From Synechococcales cyanobacterium PMM_0036 (lineage in GTDB: Bacteria; Cyanobacteriota; Cyanobacteriia; Elainellales; Elainellaceae): DNA of 27,373 nucleotides. Shown here one piece after another: positions 8,333 through 18,264 of the stretch (position 1 is the first letter of the stretch; every line of letters starts with the position of its first letter). Where the stretch lies: positions 1-27,373 of the forward strand of contig CASBQM010000483.1 of NCBI GenBank assembly GCA_949127645.1, in the 5' to 3' direction. The notes beneath the pieces were generated by a model that did not search any database, was not told where the DNA came from, and worked only from the letters and a program-made list of their open reading frames with translations. Made by a program: the position numbers and the translations under genes.

Positions 8333-9292
8333 CTATGACTTGTGAACCTGGTCATTAATCCATTTATAGGTCTCAGTCAATCCTTCCTCTAGCGAGATGC
8401 TAGGTGCCCAGCCCAATAGCTCCTTGATCAAAGTGTTGTCTGAGTTTCTCCCCTTGGGTCCCACGGGCTTAGTCAGATCGTATTTGCAGTAAATCTTCTT
8501 GTCTGCAATGTTGGCAACGATGTCTATCAATTCGTTGATCGTCACCATTTGGTCAGAACCCATGTTGACCGGGCAATCTATGTTGGAACGCATGATCCGC
8601 AGACAGCCCTCTACACAATCATCAACATAACAGTAAGAGCGAGCCTGTGTGCCGTCTCCCCACACTTCGATATCCCCTTCCTGTCCTTGAATCTTGGAAA
8701 TCTTTCGACAGATAGCAGCCGGAGACTTTTCTCGACCGCCGTCATAGGTGCCCAGAGGTCCATAGATATTGTGAAATCGCGCAATCTTGATGTTGAGACC
8801 GTAGGACTTTTTGTAGGTCTGATGCAAAATTTCAGCGGTGAGTTTTTCCCAGCCGTATTCCATGTCTGGATCGGCAGGAAAAACATGATTTTCTTTCAAC
8901 CCAGGGCTATCGTTGGTTTCTTGCAGATAGTTGGGGTAGACGCAAGCAGAGGACGAGTAGAAAATATTTTCTACCCCATTCAGACGGCAAGCTTCTAAGG
9001 TGTTGGTTGAGATTAGCAAATTGTCATGCATGATGGCAGCAGGTGCTTCATGAGTCCAGCCAATACCGCCCATGTTGGCTGCCAGAGAGAAAACCGTGTC
9101 AACATTTCGGGTTGCCTGCAAACAATCATCCCGTCGTCTGGCATCCAAAACTTCAAACTCATCTGCGCAGGTTTCACTAAATTCTGGTAGCTTCACATCC
9201 GTGCCTCTGACCCAGCACCCTTCCTCTTTCAACCGTTTGACTAGATGAGAGCCAATAAATCCACCTGCCCCAGTTACTAGAACCTTTTTCAT
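8333..9292 (-). CDS. NAD-dependent epimerase, GDP-mannose 3,5-epimerase-like (extended SDR)
   Basis: GAGGFIG; LAANMGGIG; SSACVYP; YGWEK (YxxxK); ARFHNIYGPLGTYDGGREKSPAAICRK, closely paralleling plant GME RFHNIYGPFGTWKGGREKAPAAFCRK. Confidence 0.85.
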   Translation of the reverse strand: MKKVLVTGAGGFIGSHLVKRLKEEGCWVRGTDVKLPEFSETCADEFEVLDARRRDDCLQATRNVDTVFSLAANMGGIGWTHEAPAAIMHDNLLISTNTLEACRLNGVENIFYSSSACVYPNYLQETNDSPGLKENHVFPADPDMEYGWEKLTAEILHQTYKKSYGLNIKIARFHNIYGPLGTYDGGREKSPAAICRKISKIQGQEGDIEVWGDGTQARSYCYVDDCVEGCLRIMRSNIDCPVNMGSDQMVTINELIDIVANIADKKIYCKYDLTKPVGPKGRNSDNTLIKELLGWAPSISLEEGLTETYKWINDQVHKS

Positions 9293-9396
9293 GTTGTCTC
9301 CTAAGGATTACTTTGATAAACTGCAAACTTTCGGCTAAACGAGGTCAGCAAACGAGGTGAGCTTTTTGATTCCATCTCAACAGAAGCTCGCCTCAA

Positions 9397-10179
9397 CTAG
9401 CGGCTACTCACATCCATGCGCTCAAACTTTTTCAGGTGGAGAACTTGCAGTAAGAAATTCCACAGAAAGATAATGTTATATAGGGTGTAGCGTTTCCAGA
9501 GACGCTTTGGATCCTGCGTGAGACGAAACAACCATTCAAAACCCGATCGCTGAATATAAACAGGGGCTTGTGTGATGCGATCGCTAAAGAAATCAAACGC
9601 TGCGCCTGATGCCACCATGACGGTTCCGGGAATCGAGGTTAAGTGGTCTTGAATCCACTTATCTTGCTTGGGAGAACCCAACCCCAGCAGAATGTAATCT
9701 GGCTGTGTGTCGTTAATCATCTGACAAACTTCTGCATCTTCTTCGGGTGTCAGGCTCCTAAACGGGGGAGAATAAGCGCCTACAACGTTAATGCCTGGAA
9801 ATCTATTTTCTAAAGAACGCTTCATCTTTTCAGGAACGCCCTCGGCACCGCCATATAAGTAGATGCGATACTGCCGCTTAACCGCAATTTTACCTAAGTT
9901 AAGGATGATGTCTGGAGCATAGAGGCGATCGCATTTTTTGCCGGTGAGAAGTTTGATCCAATAGACAAACGGCATACTGTCCGCCCCTAATATGTCAGCG
10001 CGGCTAAAAACATCCCGCACATCCTTGCGAAGGTAGCATTCAACAGCACAATTGACGTTCACACAGGCTACATGTCTTGATCTAGCACGCTTGTTTTGTA
10101 GCCAATCGTGACAGGTGGCAAAAAGTTCGTCATAGGTGAGAATGTCTACATCTGTGCCGATAAAATTAAATCTGTTCAT
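9397..10179 (-). CDS. WecB/TagA/CpsF family glycosyltransferase (GT26)
   Basis: YLYGG, VGAYSPPFR, LGLGSPKQDKW, GAAFDF, RAP-like QAP, GFEWLFRLTQDPKRLWKRY. Confidence 0.93.
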   Translation of the reverse strand: MNRFNFIGTDVDILTYDELFATCHDWLQNKRARSRHVACVNVNCAVECYLRKDVRDVFSRADILGADSMPFVYWIKLLTGKKCDRLYAPDIILNLGKIAVKRQYRIYLYGGAEGVPEKMKRSLENRFPGINVVGAYSPPFRSLTPEEDAEVCQMINDTQPDYILLGLGSPKQDKWIQDHLTSIPGTVMVASGAAFDFFSDRITQAPVYIQRSGFEWLFRLTQDPKRLWKRYTLYNIIFLWNFLLQVLHLKKFERMDVSSR

Positions 10180-10269
10180 CTTCCCTGATTCTCCTTATTT
10201 TTCTCTTTCTAGTCAACAATTTAATCATGCAATAGTTCGCAAAAAGCTACGCCGATCTGCGTAAAGCAA

Positions 10270-11457
10270 TTAGAAAATTTCTTGCGGTTGCGGTTCAGCA
10301 TGATACGCAGTTGCGATATACAGCTCGTGCAAAGAGGCAACATAGCTATCGATATCAAGGCATTTAACGCTGTTCCTGGCAGCATTGCCCAGAGCAATTC
10401 TCAAGTTTTCACTCTGAATTAATTGCTGCATAGCCTGGGCAATCTCCTCTTGATGACCTGGAGTCACGAGCAGACCGTTCTCGCTGTGGGTCACGACTTC
10501 AGGTATTCCCCCTACCGGAGTTACAATTACGGGCAATCCCCAAGCCATTGCTTCCAGCATAGACATAGGCAATCCTTCGTTGTAAGACGGCAAGATAAAG
10601 GCATCGGCATCTGCCAAGAGCTGATCCCGCTGGGTTGGGTCAAGCCATGAATGAATGAGGGCGCGATCGCTCAGACCGAGTTCCTGAATCAGTTGCTCAG
10701 CCGCTTCGATGTCACCATTCCCAGCCAGAATCAGCCGAGCCTTGACTTTTATCTGTTCTGGAAGAGCCGCAAAAGCTCTAATTAAGTCGAATGCTCCCTT
10801 GTCTTGCTGCGGCATAGAAACGACAGACCGTGCCATGTCCAAGGCTCCGCCACGCTTGCCAATTCGACCCAGAAAGACAAACGTTACCTCCTGTCGTCCC
10901 CTACGCTGCGGCACTATAGCGGGCAAAACAACAGGATTTCGCAGGACAGTAACCTGATCAGGTTTCAGATGAAACAGCGTCAAATAGTAAGAGCGCCAGT
11001 TTTCGGAGAGGGCAATTAGAAGAGTGCATCGACCCAATATAGAGGTAATGATGCGCTGCACCAGACGCGGTAGCTTACTGTAAAACTCTTTGTAGGCTGC
11101 ACCATGAGCGTGCAAAATGAAGGGCTTGCGCAAAGTTAGGGCAATCAGGGCAAGAATGGATTTTCGTAACGTGCTGCCGCGATCGGAAAAGTGAATATGA
11201 ACAACATCAATTTTGTTGCTAAGCGATGACTCAATTAAAACGGCGATCGCGTTCAGAAAAACTTGAATATTGTATGCGGCAGATCCTTTAGCAAACGTTG
11301 CAACATGATGAATGCTTAAGTCCGGTGGTGCATTGTCAAGAATGAGCTTTTCAACAGATGTAATCCCGCCTTGAACATCTAATCCTGCTCCCAGCATCAA
11401 AACGCTAGCTGAGACTTTTTCCTTCCTCCCAGTTGCTGCCTTCATCGATAAACCCAC
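10270..11457 (-). CDS. Glycosyltransferase family 4
   Basis: VVHIH, FVFLGR, KGAFDLIRAF, ILPSYNEGLPMSMLEAMAWGLPVIVTPVGG (EX7E). Confidence 0.93.
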   Translation of the reverse strand: MGLSMKAATGRKEKVSASVLMLGAGLDVQGGITSVEKLILDNAPPDLSIHHVATFAKGSAAYNIQVFLNAIAVLIESSLSNKIDVVHIHFSDRGSTLRKSILALIALTLRKPFILHAHGAAYKEFYSKLPRLVQRIITSILGRCTLLIALSENWRSYYLTLFHLKPDQVTVLRNPVVLPAIVPQRRGRQEVTFVFLGRIGKRGGALDMARSVVSMPQQDKGAFDLIRAFAALPEQIKVKARLILAGNGDIEAAEQLIQELGLSDRALIHSWLDPTQRDQLLADADAFILPSYNEGLPMSMLEAMAWGLPVIVTPVGGIPEVVTHSENGLLVTPGHQEEIAQAMQQLIQSENLRIALGNAARNSVKCLDIDSYVASLHELYIATAYHAEPQPQEIF

Positions 11458-11491
11458 TCTAAATCTCCAAATTGAAAGGTTTGATAACGTG

Positions 11492-12784
11492 CTAACTTAC
11501 AAAAATTTGACGTTGAAGTTCAGGTTTAGACAAGTCGGGATCTAAATCTTGATAAGCTAAGCCTTGATTAGATCGAAGCTGTAATGACAGAGCTAGCGAC
11601 ACATACAAAACCCAATGAATGCTATTGCGGTCAAGAAATACTGCCTCAGTTAGATTAACTAAGAGAGTATAGAGCATGAACATTAAAGGTAGAAAAAACT
11701 CTGGAGTTTTACTCTGGCTAACTAGCGATAAGCTCTTAAATAAATGAATCAAAAAATGTAGCAATACAATAGCAACGCCCAGCAATCCTAAGTTAAGCCA
11801 AAGTTCTAAGAATCCGCTGTGAGAATTTGGCGCTGTCCAGCCAACAGCACGCCAAATGGGAGCAGTCTCACTATCCCAACTAGACCATAGAGAGCCATAC
11901 CCATAGCCTAGCCAAGGCCGTCGGCAAATCATCTCCCACGCATAGTCCCATAGCTCTGTACGACCTGTCAGCGTTAGATCTTTGCCCACTACCCCTGCTA
12001 AGTTCTCAGCCTGCTGTATCGCTAAGATTGCCAACATATATCCAAAAGCAGAAATTAGACTGAGAGCGATCGCTCTCAGGTTATATTTCCAACGTAATGT
12101 TTGAAAGATAGAAAAGGCAATCAGTAAAATAATTAAATTAATGAGGGGCGAGGATGCTCTTGAAAGCAATAGTAAGAAGGTTGATAAACCACATCCTAGC
12201 CAGAAAAACCATCTTTTTGAATCGACTGCGAGAATCAAAAAAACGATAGCACTAAGTGACATTGTTGCACCTAAACCATTCTTGTGTGTGTATATGCCAC
12301 GCCATGCTCCTGCATGAACTCCTCCCATGACACCGTATTTAGGTAAAGCCAAAGCGAAAACTATGCTTAGAACAATTATTGCTCCAAAAGACCAGCCCAA
12401 TAAATATAGCTGCTGTCTTAAGCTGTAACGAGTTGTCAGATAAAAGCCGAATATACTTGTTCCTATTAAGGCAACGCTGCGGTTTATCGTCATGTCTGGT
12501 GCTGTAGACCAAATAACCGAACATGAGATCACTCCCAGTAGTAGCAATAGCAGCTTGTCCTTAGTCAGTAAATATAGTGCTTTCTTCCAGTAAACAGCTA
12601 ATAGAATCAAGGAAATAACATAATTAGCCTGAAAAACCTGCTTTACTAGCCCAAAGTCAGCCGCTGCACCAACTTCCCCCTCACTGATACCTCCGGAGAG
12701 GATAACGACTAAAGGTCCACCCGTGTATGTGACAATTGACGCAATAGTAAAAAACAATTCGACAGCCCCTAAAAATTTTCTCAT
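11492..12784 (-). CDS. O-antigen ligase / Wzy polymerase family membrane protein (ExoQ-like)
   Basis: About 10-12 TM segments; WRGIYTHKNGLG, LTLTGRTELW, PWLGYGYG, HSGFLE. Its position in a wzx/wza/wzc cluster favours a Wzy role. Confidence 0.85.
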   Translation of the reverse strand: MRKFLGAVELFFTIASIVTYTGGPLVVILSGGISEGEVGAAADFGLVKQVFQANYVISLILLAVYWKKALYLLTKDKLLLLLLGVISCSVIWSTAPDMTINRSVALIGTSIFGFYLTTRYSLRQQLYLLGWSFGAIIVLSIVFALALPKYGVMGGVHAGAWRGIYTHKNGLGATMSLSAIVFLILAVDSKRWFFWLGCGLSTFLLLLSRASSPLINLIILLIAFSIFQTLRWKYNLRAIALSLISAFGYMLAILAIQQAENLAGVVGKDLTLTGRTELWDYAWEMICRRPWLGYGYGSLWSSWDSETAPIWRAVGWTAPNSHSGFLELWLNLGLLGVAIVLLHFLIHLFKSLSLVSQSKTPEFFLPLMFMLYTLLVNLTEAVFLDRNSIHWVLYVSLALSLQLRSNQGLAYQDLDPDLSKPELQRQIFVS

Positions 12785-13908
12785 GTTCTCAACCGGAAAT
12801 TATGCTTTCTCCAAGCAGATCTAGAAATGGCTTTTTGGTAGACATCAAGCGTTTGTGCCGCAATTTTTGACCAATCTAAATCGCTTTGACAACGAGCTAG
12901 AGCAGCCGTCTGCATTTGCTGTTGAAGAAGGCGATCGCTCAAAAACTGTATGACTGCATTTGCTAGCGCCTGCGAATTTCCTGGGGTCACGAGCAGTCCA
13001 TCCTGCCCATGCCGAACCATCTCACGCAGCCCTCCCAGATCGGAAGCAATCACAGGCGTACCAGTGCCATAGGACAGAGCAGCCACTCCACTCTGAGACG
13101 CTTCTGTATAGGGCAAAATGGTGACAGCGCTGCGCTGAAATAGCCCTGATACCGCTTCAGTGGGGATGAAATTATTCAGAATTTCGATATGCTTGGTGTC
13201 GTAACCCTTGGGAAAATAGAGGTCGAGGTTCTCTCCTTTACCCGCGATAATTAGCTTTACATCGGGAATTTTTTCTGCAATTAACGGCAGGGCTTCCAGT
13301 AAGTATTTTAGCCCTTTGTACTCCCAGATCCGTCCGAAAAATAGCAGTGTGTTAGGCTGACGCGCCACAGGATTTCCTGGAGAGCGCCGCTGATATAGGC
13401 TGCCCAGCTCACCATGAGGGATGACATTGAGCCGCGATTCGGAAATGCGAAATCGCTGAAGCAGAACATGGCGCAGTGATTGTGTATGCACAATAATTTG
13501 CTGCGATCGATAAAAGGAAACCAGTCGCGTATATTCTGAGCCGGGTGCTGCTTCTCGATCGCCGGGATGACGAAACACGTCATGAACCGTTGTCACCAAA
13601 TGCGGCACTTTGTGAAACAGCAGCGCTAAGTTATACCAAAAATCGTTTGTTTCCTGAACGTGTAGAACGTCAGGTTGCAAATCTTGAATGATTCGCATCA
13701 TCTCGATCATTGAGAAAATATTGCGTGGATCTCGAATACGCGGCTTCTTGAAACTACAGATTTGAATGCTTGAGTCAATTGCATTTCTACAGACGTTTGC
13801 AACCTTTTCGGGTTGAATTAGCGTCAAATCTACAAGCTCTGCTAAAGCGTTAGCCAACTCGATCGTATAGTCTTCAAAACAGAAGTTTACAAGGGCAACT
13901 TTCATCAT
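12781..13908 (-). CDS. Glycosyltransferase family 4
   Basis: VTTVHDV, LLFFGRIWEYKGL, LPYTEASQSGV, PVIASDLGG. Start moved to the ATG at 13908 (ATGA overlap with the wzx stop); the stop overlaps the next start (ATGA). Confidence 0.9.
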   Translation of the reverse strand: MMKVALVNFCFEDYTIELANALAELVDLTLIQPEKVANVCRNAIDSSIQICSFKKPRIRDPRNIFSMIEMMRIIQDLQPDVLHVQETNDFWYNLALLFHKVPHLVTTVHDVFRHPGDREAAPGSEYTRLVSFYRSQQIIVHTQSLRHVLLQRFRISESRLNVIPHGELGSLYQRRSPGNPVARQPNTLLFFGRIWEYKGLKYLLEALPLIAEKIPDVKLIIAGKGENLDLYFPKGYDTKHIEILNNFIPTEAVSGLFQRSAVTILPYTEASQSGVAALSYGTGTPVIASDLGGLREMVRHGQDGLLVTPGNSQALANAVIQFLSDRLLQQQMQTAALARCQSDLDWSKIAAQTLDVYQKAISRSAWRKHNFRLRT

Positions 13909-15350
13909 GTGCTTCGTCCTTTTGCCACCAGTCTGTCCCAAACGCTAACTGGACCCCCTAGTGCATACATCCCCATAACGCCTCCGACTAGAACATAAGC
14001 AAGCATAGAAATTATCACCGTCGATAATAGACTTTGGTTTGTCTTTTGCAGAAAAATGAACAGTGGCAACATAAACCCTGCAAGTAAAATAGGACGACAT
14101 AGCATCTGCCACCAATTCAAAGAAAAGAGACGAACATAGACAGAATAGCTGAATTGACCTAGTGCAATTAGGTTAGTGAATAAAGGTGCAATTGCTGCGC
14201 CCAGCAATTGATACTTCAAAACTAAGAGAACGGTAATTAGACTGCCGACAATCGTATCAACTAAAACTTCTCGAAGATTAATCCGCTCAAATCCGCTCGC
14301 AATAAGGGTCTGGCTCAAAGGTTTACTCAGTGAGGTCGTAATTAGCGAGAGCGACAGCAATCCTAGCGCTGTTCCTGCCTCAGAAAAGCTAGCATTTCGG
14401 TAAACAAAGAACAGCAGGTCTTTCCCAATGAAAAATAGTCCAATAGCGTAGGGCAGCGCCAGACAGAGAGAGATTTCAGCCAGTCGCTCAGTGAGCTGAC
14501 GCTTGCGAGTGACATCCGAAGGGACAACCTTAGACAGCCTTGGAAAGACAGCCAAAATGAGGCTTTGAAGCAAAATATCAAAGGGCATCATGAATTGAGC
14601 GATCGCACCAAATAACCCAACCAATACCTCACCTCCAAAGAAAGAAAGAATGAGGATTTGCCGTCTTGAATTTATGATAGCTATCGCCTCAATTGCCAAG
14701 AAGGTACGAGCCGCCTTAGCAGTTTGCCAAATGAAGTTCCAATCGACCCGCCATTCAGGCTTGACGGATGTTAGCATCAATCCCCATTCAATCAATAGAA
14801 TTAGAGATTCCGATATGACAAATATAACTGCAACAGCATTTACCCCACGACCATGCGTCATCGCCCAAACCATCACCCCGACGCGTAAAATATAGACGGG
14901 CACAGTGCTAATAGTTAATAAGTGCATCCTCTCTTGAGCCTGAAAAATTGCTTCAGTTACGTTAGAGAGTGAAAATGGAATGATTGCGCCTCCAATTAAG
15001 TAGCAAACGGTTAGAGTATTAGAACTGTAGGGTGATAAAGAAACGACTAATACTAAAAGCCCATAGCCTATGAGGCTAAACATAAATTGCAGCACTGTGC
15101 CGCTGATCAAGTAGCGAGAGACATCATGAAGATTGCGCGATAAATCTCGAATAAATAGGCTCTTGAACCCCTGCGCCACAACCGTCATGAATAGAAAATA
15201 GTAGGTGAAACCAATCAAGTATTGCCCCAACTCTTGAGCGCCTAAAAGTCGAGCGATCGCCGCTGTGGTGATAAAACTAGCGATACTTTGAGTCAACCGA
15301 CCAAGCACCACCGAAATAGAATTTCCGACAAGCTGAAATCGCCCTGGCAT
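13905..15350 (-). CDS. wzx: Wzx flippase (MOP/PST family)
   Basis: 481 aa, about 12-14 TM segments; ARLLGAQELGQY N-terminal motif; GAAIA near the C-terminus. Confidence 0.88.
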   Translation of the reverse strand: MPGRFQLVGNSISVVLGRLTQSIASFITTAAIARLLGAQELGQYLIGFTYYFLFMTVVAQGFKSLFIRDLSRNLHDVSRYLISGTVLQFMFSLIGYGLLVLVVSLSPYSSNTLTVCYLIGGAIIPFSLSNVTEAIFQAQERMHLLTISTVPVYILRVGVMVWAMTHGRGVNAVAVIFVISESLILLIEWGLMLTSVKPEWRVDWNFIWQTAKAARTFLAIEAIAIINSRRQILILSFFGGEVLVGLFGAIAQFMMPFDILLQSLILAVFPRLSKVVPSDVTRKRQLTERLAEISLCLALPYAIGLFFIGKDLLFFVYRNASFSEAGTALGLLSLSLITTSLSKPLSQTLIASGFERINLREVLVDTIVGSLITVLLVLKYQLLGAAIAPLFTNLIALGQFSYSVYVRLFSLNWWQMLCRPILLAGFMLPLFIFLQKTNQSLLSTVIISMLAYVLVGGVMGMYALGGPVSVWDRLVAKGRST

Positions 15351-15376
15351 ACATTAAAGATTGGTATAGATCTAAA

Positions 15377-16426
15377 TTAGCTGCTCCAAGAACCTGTTTC
15401 GATCCTTGAAGAATTCTGTTTTTTCGACCGTCTTCTCATTCGGGGCAGCATTTCATAGGCAGATAGATTCCTGAAGAGGTGATATTGAATTCTACGCTCC
15501 ACAATGCCAGGAAAATCCAATAAGAGTTGGATGAAAAACCTAGGATTGTGAATCATAGCCTCCAAAGCTTCGGAAAAAATTCCTTGTTTGAAAGGTTGAA
15601 TAACACGATAGTACGCTCTTATCTGCTTGAACCTTGCAAGATGCTTGGATAAAGCTTTAACTAAGGCTGGATTCTTCTGCGTAGTGGTCTTCTGCATAAA
15701 ATCCTGCGTTTTACGGCAACATTCATCTAGCCAAGTCAATCGATTGCTGCTAACTGCAGAGCCTGGACGGGAGCGGTAGTAGTAGTAAGCCTCTGGAACT
15801 AGAATGAAGCATGCACCCTGAACAAAACATTCCATATCAATCCAGAAGTCATAGGCGGCTGTCAAAGACTCGTCATACTGAATGCTATGTTCTATTAAAA
15901 ATTCCCGCTTGAATAAAGGCTTCGTTAAGCCTAAACGTAGACATCGCCGGTGACCATATACATCTGTTTCAACAAAAAACACTGGGTCGATCTGTTGAAT
16001 CTGATCAATAGTTTGATCGCTTTCATTCAACAGCGTACTCCAAGGGGTCATCTCACTATCTCGAATAAGGTGCAGATCGTCCACAATTACATCTGCTTGT
16101 CTTGCATTTGCAACTTGCACAAGGCGCTCTAGCCTCTCCGGAGCTATCCAGTCATCCGAGTCTAAGACCGCTACCCATTTGCCCTGAGCTATCTGAAGAG
16201 CGCGATTAGAAGCAGCAGCTCCACCCAGATTTTTCTGATTGATTAGCAGCTTCAAACGCGGATCTGTGAAGGATTTGACAACCTCAAGTGTGCTGTCTGA
16301 AGAGCAATCGTCAACTACAATCACTTCAATATTGGTGAGAGTTTGCCCTAACGCAGATTCAATCGCTTTGGCAATATACTTCTCAGTATTGTAAGCCGGG
16401 ATGATGATGGAAACTTCAGGTTGCAC
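15377..16426 (-). CDS. Glycosyltransferase family 2 (ExoO/ExoU-like)
   Basis: VSIIIPAYN, VVDDCSSD, AVLDSDDW (DxD), YYYRSRPGS. Confidence 0.93.
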   Translation of the reverse strand: MQPEVSIIIPAYNTEKYIAKAIESALGQTLTNIEVIVVDDCSSDSTLEVVKSFTDPRLKLLINQKNLGGAAASNRALQIAQGKWVAVLDSDDWIAPERLERLVQVANARQADVIVDDLHLIRDSEMTPWSTLLNESDQTIDQIQQIDPVFFVETDVYGHRRCLRLGLTKPLFKREFLIEHSIQYDESLTAAYDFWIDMECFVQGACFILVPEAYYYYRSRPGSAVSSNRLTWLDECCRKTQDFMQKTTTQKNPALVKALSKHLARFKQIRAYYRVIQPFKQGIFSEALEAMIHNPRFFIQLLLDFPGIVERRIQYHLFRNLSAYEMLPRMRRRSKKQNSSRIETGSWSS

Positions 16427-16513
16427 AAGATTATCCTCTAATTACAAGTAGTTGACTCATTTGCGACAAAATCAAGAATTCCAATGTCCATGGGTGCGGT
16501 GTTGGGTGCGTCA

Positions 16514-18115
16514 TCAACTGGATCTAATTTTTCGCAACATCTTTACATTCGAGCCATGAAAATCCTTACTCATTTGAACGGAATAACGCTTACTCACAAA
16601 TTCATCTAGAACTCTATAACTATGAATATAGGCTGGCTTACCTTCAATCGAACCTGTATCTGTAACCAGCCAAATATTCTGGTAATCTCCTGGTATCTTT
16701 GAGAGCGAATCAACAATTTGCTGTTCATTTTTTAAGGTCAGAGAATCCAGATCATAAGTTTGAAACTTTTCTTTCTCTGGCAAGGGTATTAATGAATTCA
16801 TGCCTTTGTAGTAGTGCTCAAGTGCCATTTCAACTTCTGGATTAAAAATTAAGATGGGTTGACCATTCGTCTCATTCTTCATCAGGTAAGAGGCGACTCG
16901 AATGTAATCGCCATTTTTCGCCAGCGACGCATAGGTAAGGTGGATTGAGACTACATTCAATGACAAAGTGAATGCTAACCACGCCAGAAGTATATTTTTC
17001 CTAGTGCGATCGGATCGAACAAGTGAAAGTGCTGATACTACAGAGAATAGGGCAGGAATTAGCAGTGAAATAGTATGTCGATAATGCTGAATTGAGTCGT
17101 TGATTCCTAAGTAAGTGAAAACTTCAAATGCAATAAAAAACGTTGTTGAAAGTAGGAATGTAATAGTCCAAATTCCCAGATGATTAGAGTTAATCGATCG
17201 TCGATATATAAAAACCAGAGAGGATAGAAAGCCTAGGAGTAAAAGCCGCAAAAGTCTAAAAGAATTTGGGGAAGAATCTCCTATTTCAGCAGGCAGCAGA
17301 TAGAGTAAAGCTGAAGCGAAAGAGAACTTGATATTCTCAGCGATGGAAAGATCGATGATGGCTGTAGGTATTGCGTTATCTGACCAAGAAGAAGACTGTC
17401 GAGATGCAAGCAAGAGCATGGGGATAAAGCTCAGCACCACAGGAATCATATAAAGGCAGTAGCTAAGAAATTCCCGTCTTCTCTTAAGACATAAAAGAGT
17501 AATTCCTTGCGCAGCGAATAGAAACGCTAAAAAGTAGTGAGTGTAAATTGCAAAGACAGCGGTTAAGGCGTGAAGCCAACAAAATTGATGAGGAGCTGGA
17601 TTGAGGTAGCCACTGTAAAACAAAAGTAGTGAGACTGAAGAGAGAAGCATTGAGAATGCAAAGAGGCGAACTTCTACAGCCGCCCAGATTACAAATGGAT
17701 TTAACGCTATTGCAGTGGCGATCCACCCAGGATGTATATTCTCAAACAGTTTTTTAGATAGTAGAGATGCAACATAAATAGTTGCTGAAACGCAAAGAAT
17801 TGAGAATAATCTTGCGAAGAAGATTGAACTATTAAAGCTTCGCCAGATATTCAAAAGTATGAAGTAGAGTGGCGCTTGCTCTTCAAAGTGGATTGCCTGA
17901 TGAATGGCGTATCCTAAATCTTTGCTAGATGTATCAAGCGCATAGGCTTCATCAAACCATATATTAAGCTTTGCTGAAAGCGGAACCGTAATACAAAGAT
18001 TTAATATGATTAGTAGAGGCACTACTTTCCGGGACGCTAACATTGCGCCCAATGACTTAAGAAAAGGCTCAAATTTGTTAGAAAATCTTGAAACTTGACT
18101 CTCTACGCTTCGCAT
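16514..18115 (-). CDS. GT-C fold polytopic membrane protein (GT39/PMT_2/ArnT-like)
   Basis: IWFDEAY after TM1, APLYFILL, RLFSIL, LNPFVIWAAVEVRLF, YTHYF; about 11-13 TM segments plus a soluble C-terminal domain. Confidence 0.75.
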   Translation of the reverse strand: MRSVESQVSRFSNKFEPFLKSLGAMLASRKVVPLLIILNLCITVPLSAKLNIWFDEAYALDTSSKDLGYAIHQAIHFEEQAPLYFILLNIWRSFNSSIFFARLFSILCVSATIYVASLLSKKLFENIHPGWIATAIALNPFVIWAAVEVRLFAFSMLLSSVSLLLFYSGYLNPAPHQFCWLHALTAVFAIYTHYFLAFLFAAQGITLLCLKRRREFLSYCLYMIPVVLSFIPMLLLASRQSSSWSDNAIPTAIIDLSIAENIKFSFASALLYLLPAEIGDSSPNSFRLLRLLLLGFLSSLVFIYRRSINSNHLGIWTITFLLSTTFFIAFEVFTYLGINDSIQHYRHTISLLIPALFSVVSALSLVRSDRTRKNILLAWLAFTLSLNVVSIHLTYASLAKNGDYIRVASYLMKNETNGQPILIFNPEVEMALEHYYKGMNSLIPLPEKEKFQTYDLDSLTLKNEQQIVDSLSKIPGDYQNIWLVTDTGSIEGKPAYIHSYRVLDEFVSKRYSVQMSKDFHGSNVKMLRKIRSS

Positions 18116-18143
18116 CTTATCCCCTCATCTGTTCTGTCGTTTA

Positions 18144-18217
18144 CCTGAGTTTTGTTACAATGCCTGAGTTTTGTTACAATGCCTGAGTTTTGTTACAATG
18201 CCTGAGTTTTGTTACAA
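18144..18217 (+). repeat. 19-bp tandem repeat, 3.9 copies (CCTGAGTTTTGTTACAATG)
   Basis: Three exact units plus 17 nt, intergenic between the wza stop and the GT-C start. Confidence 0.97.
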
Positions 18218-18264
18218 GATATGAGAGGGTGAATTCAGCTTGTTTGCTCTAAAGCCACTACTGG

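Noticed and set aside
9337-9362. 13-bp imperfect direct repeat AAACGAGGTCAGC / AAACGAGGTGAGC upstream of the epimerase
   Set aside because: Only two copies, no supporting context.
18144-18217. CRISPR array or plasmid iterons
   Set aside because: Units are directly adjacent without spacers, and there are no cas or rep genes in the window.
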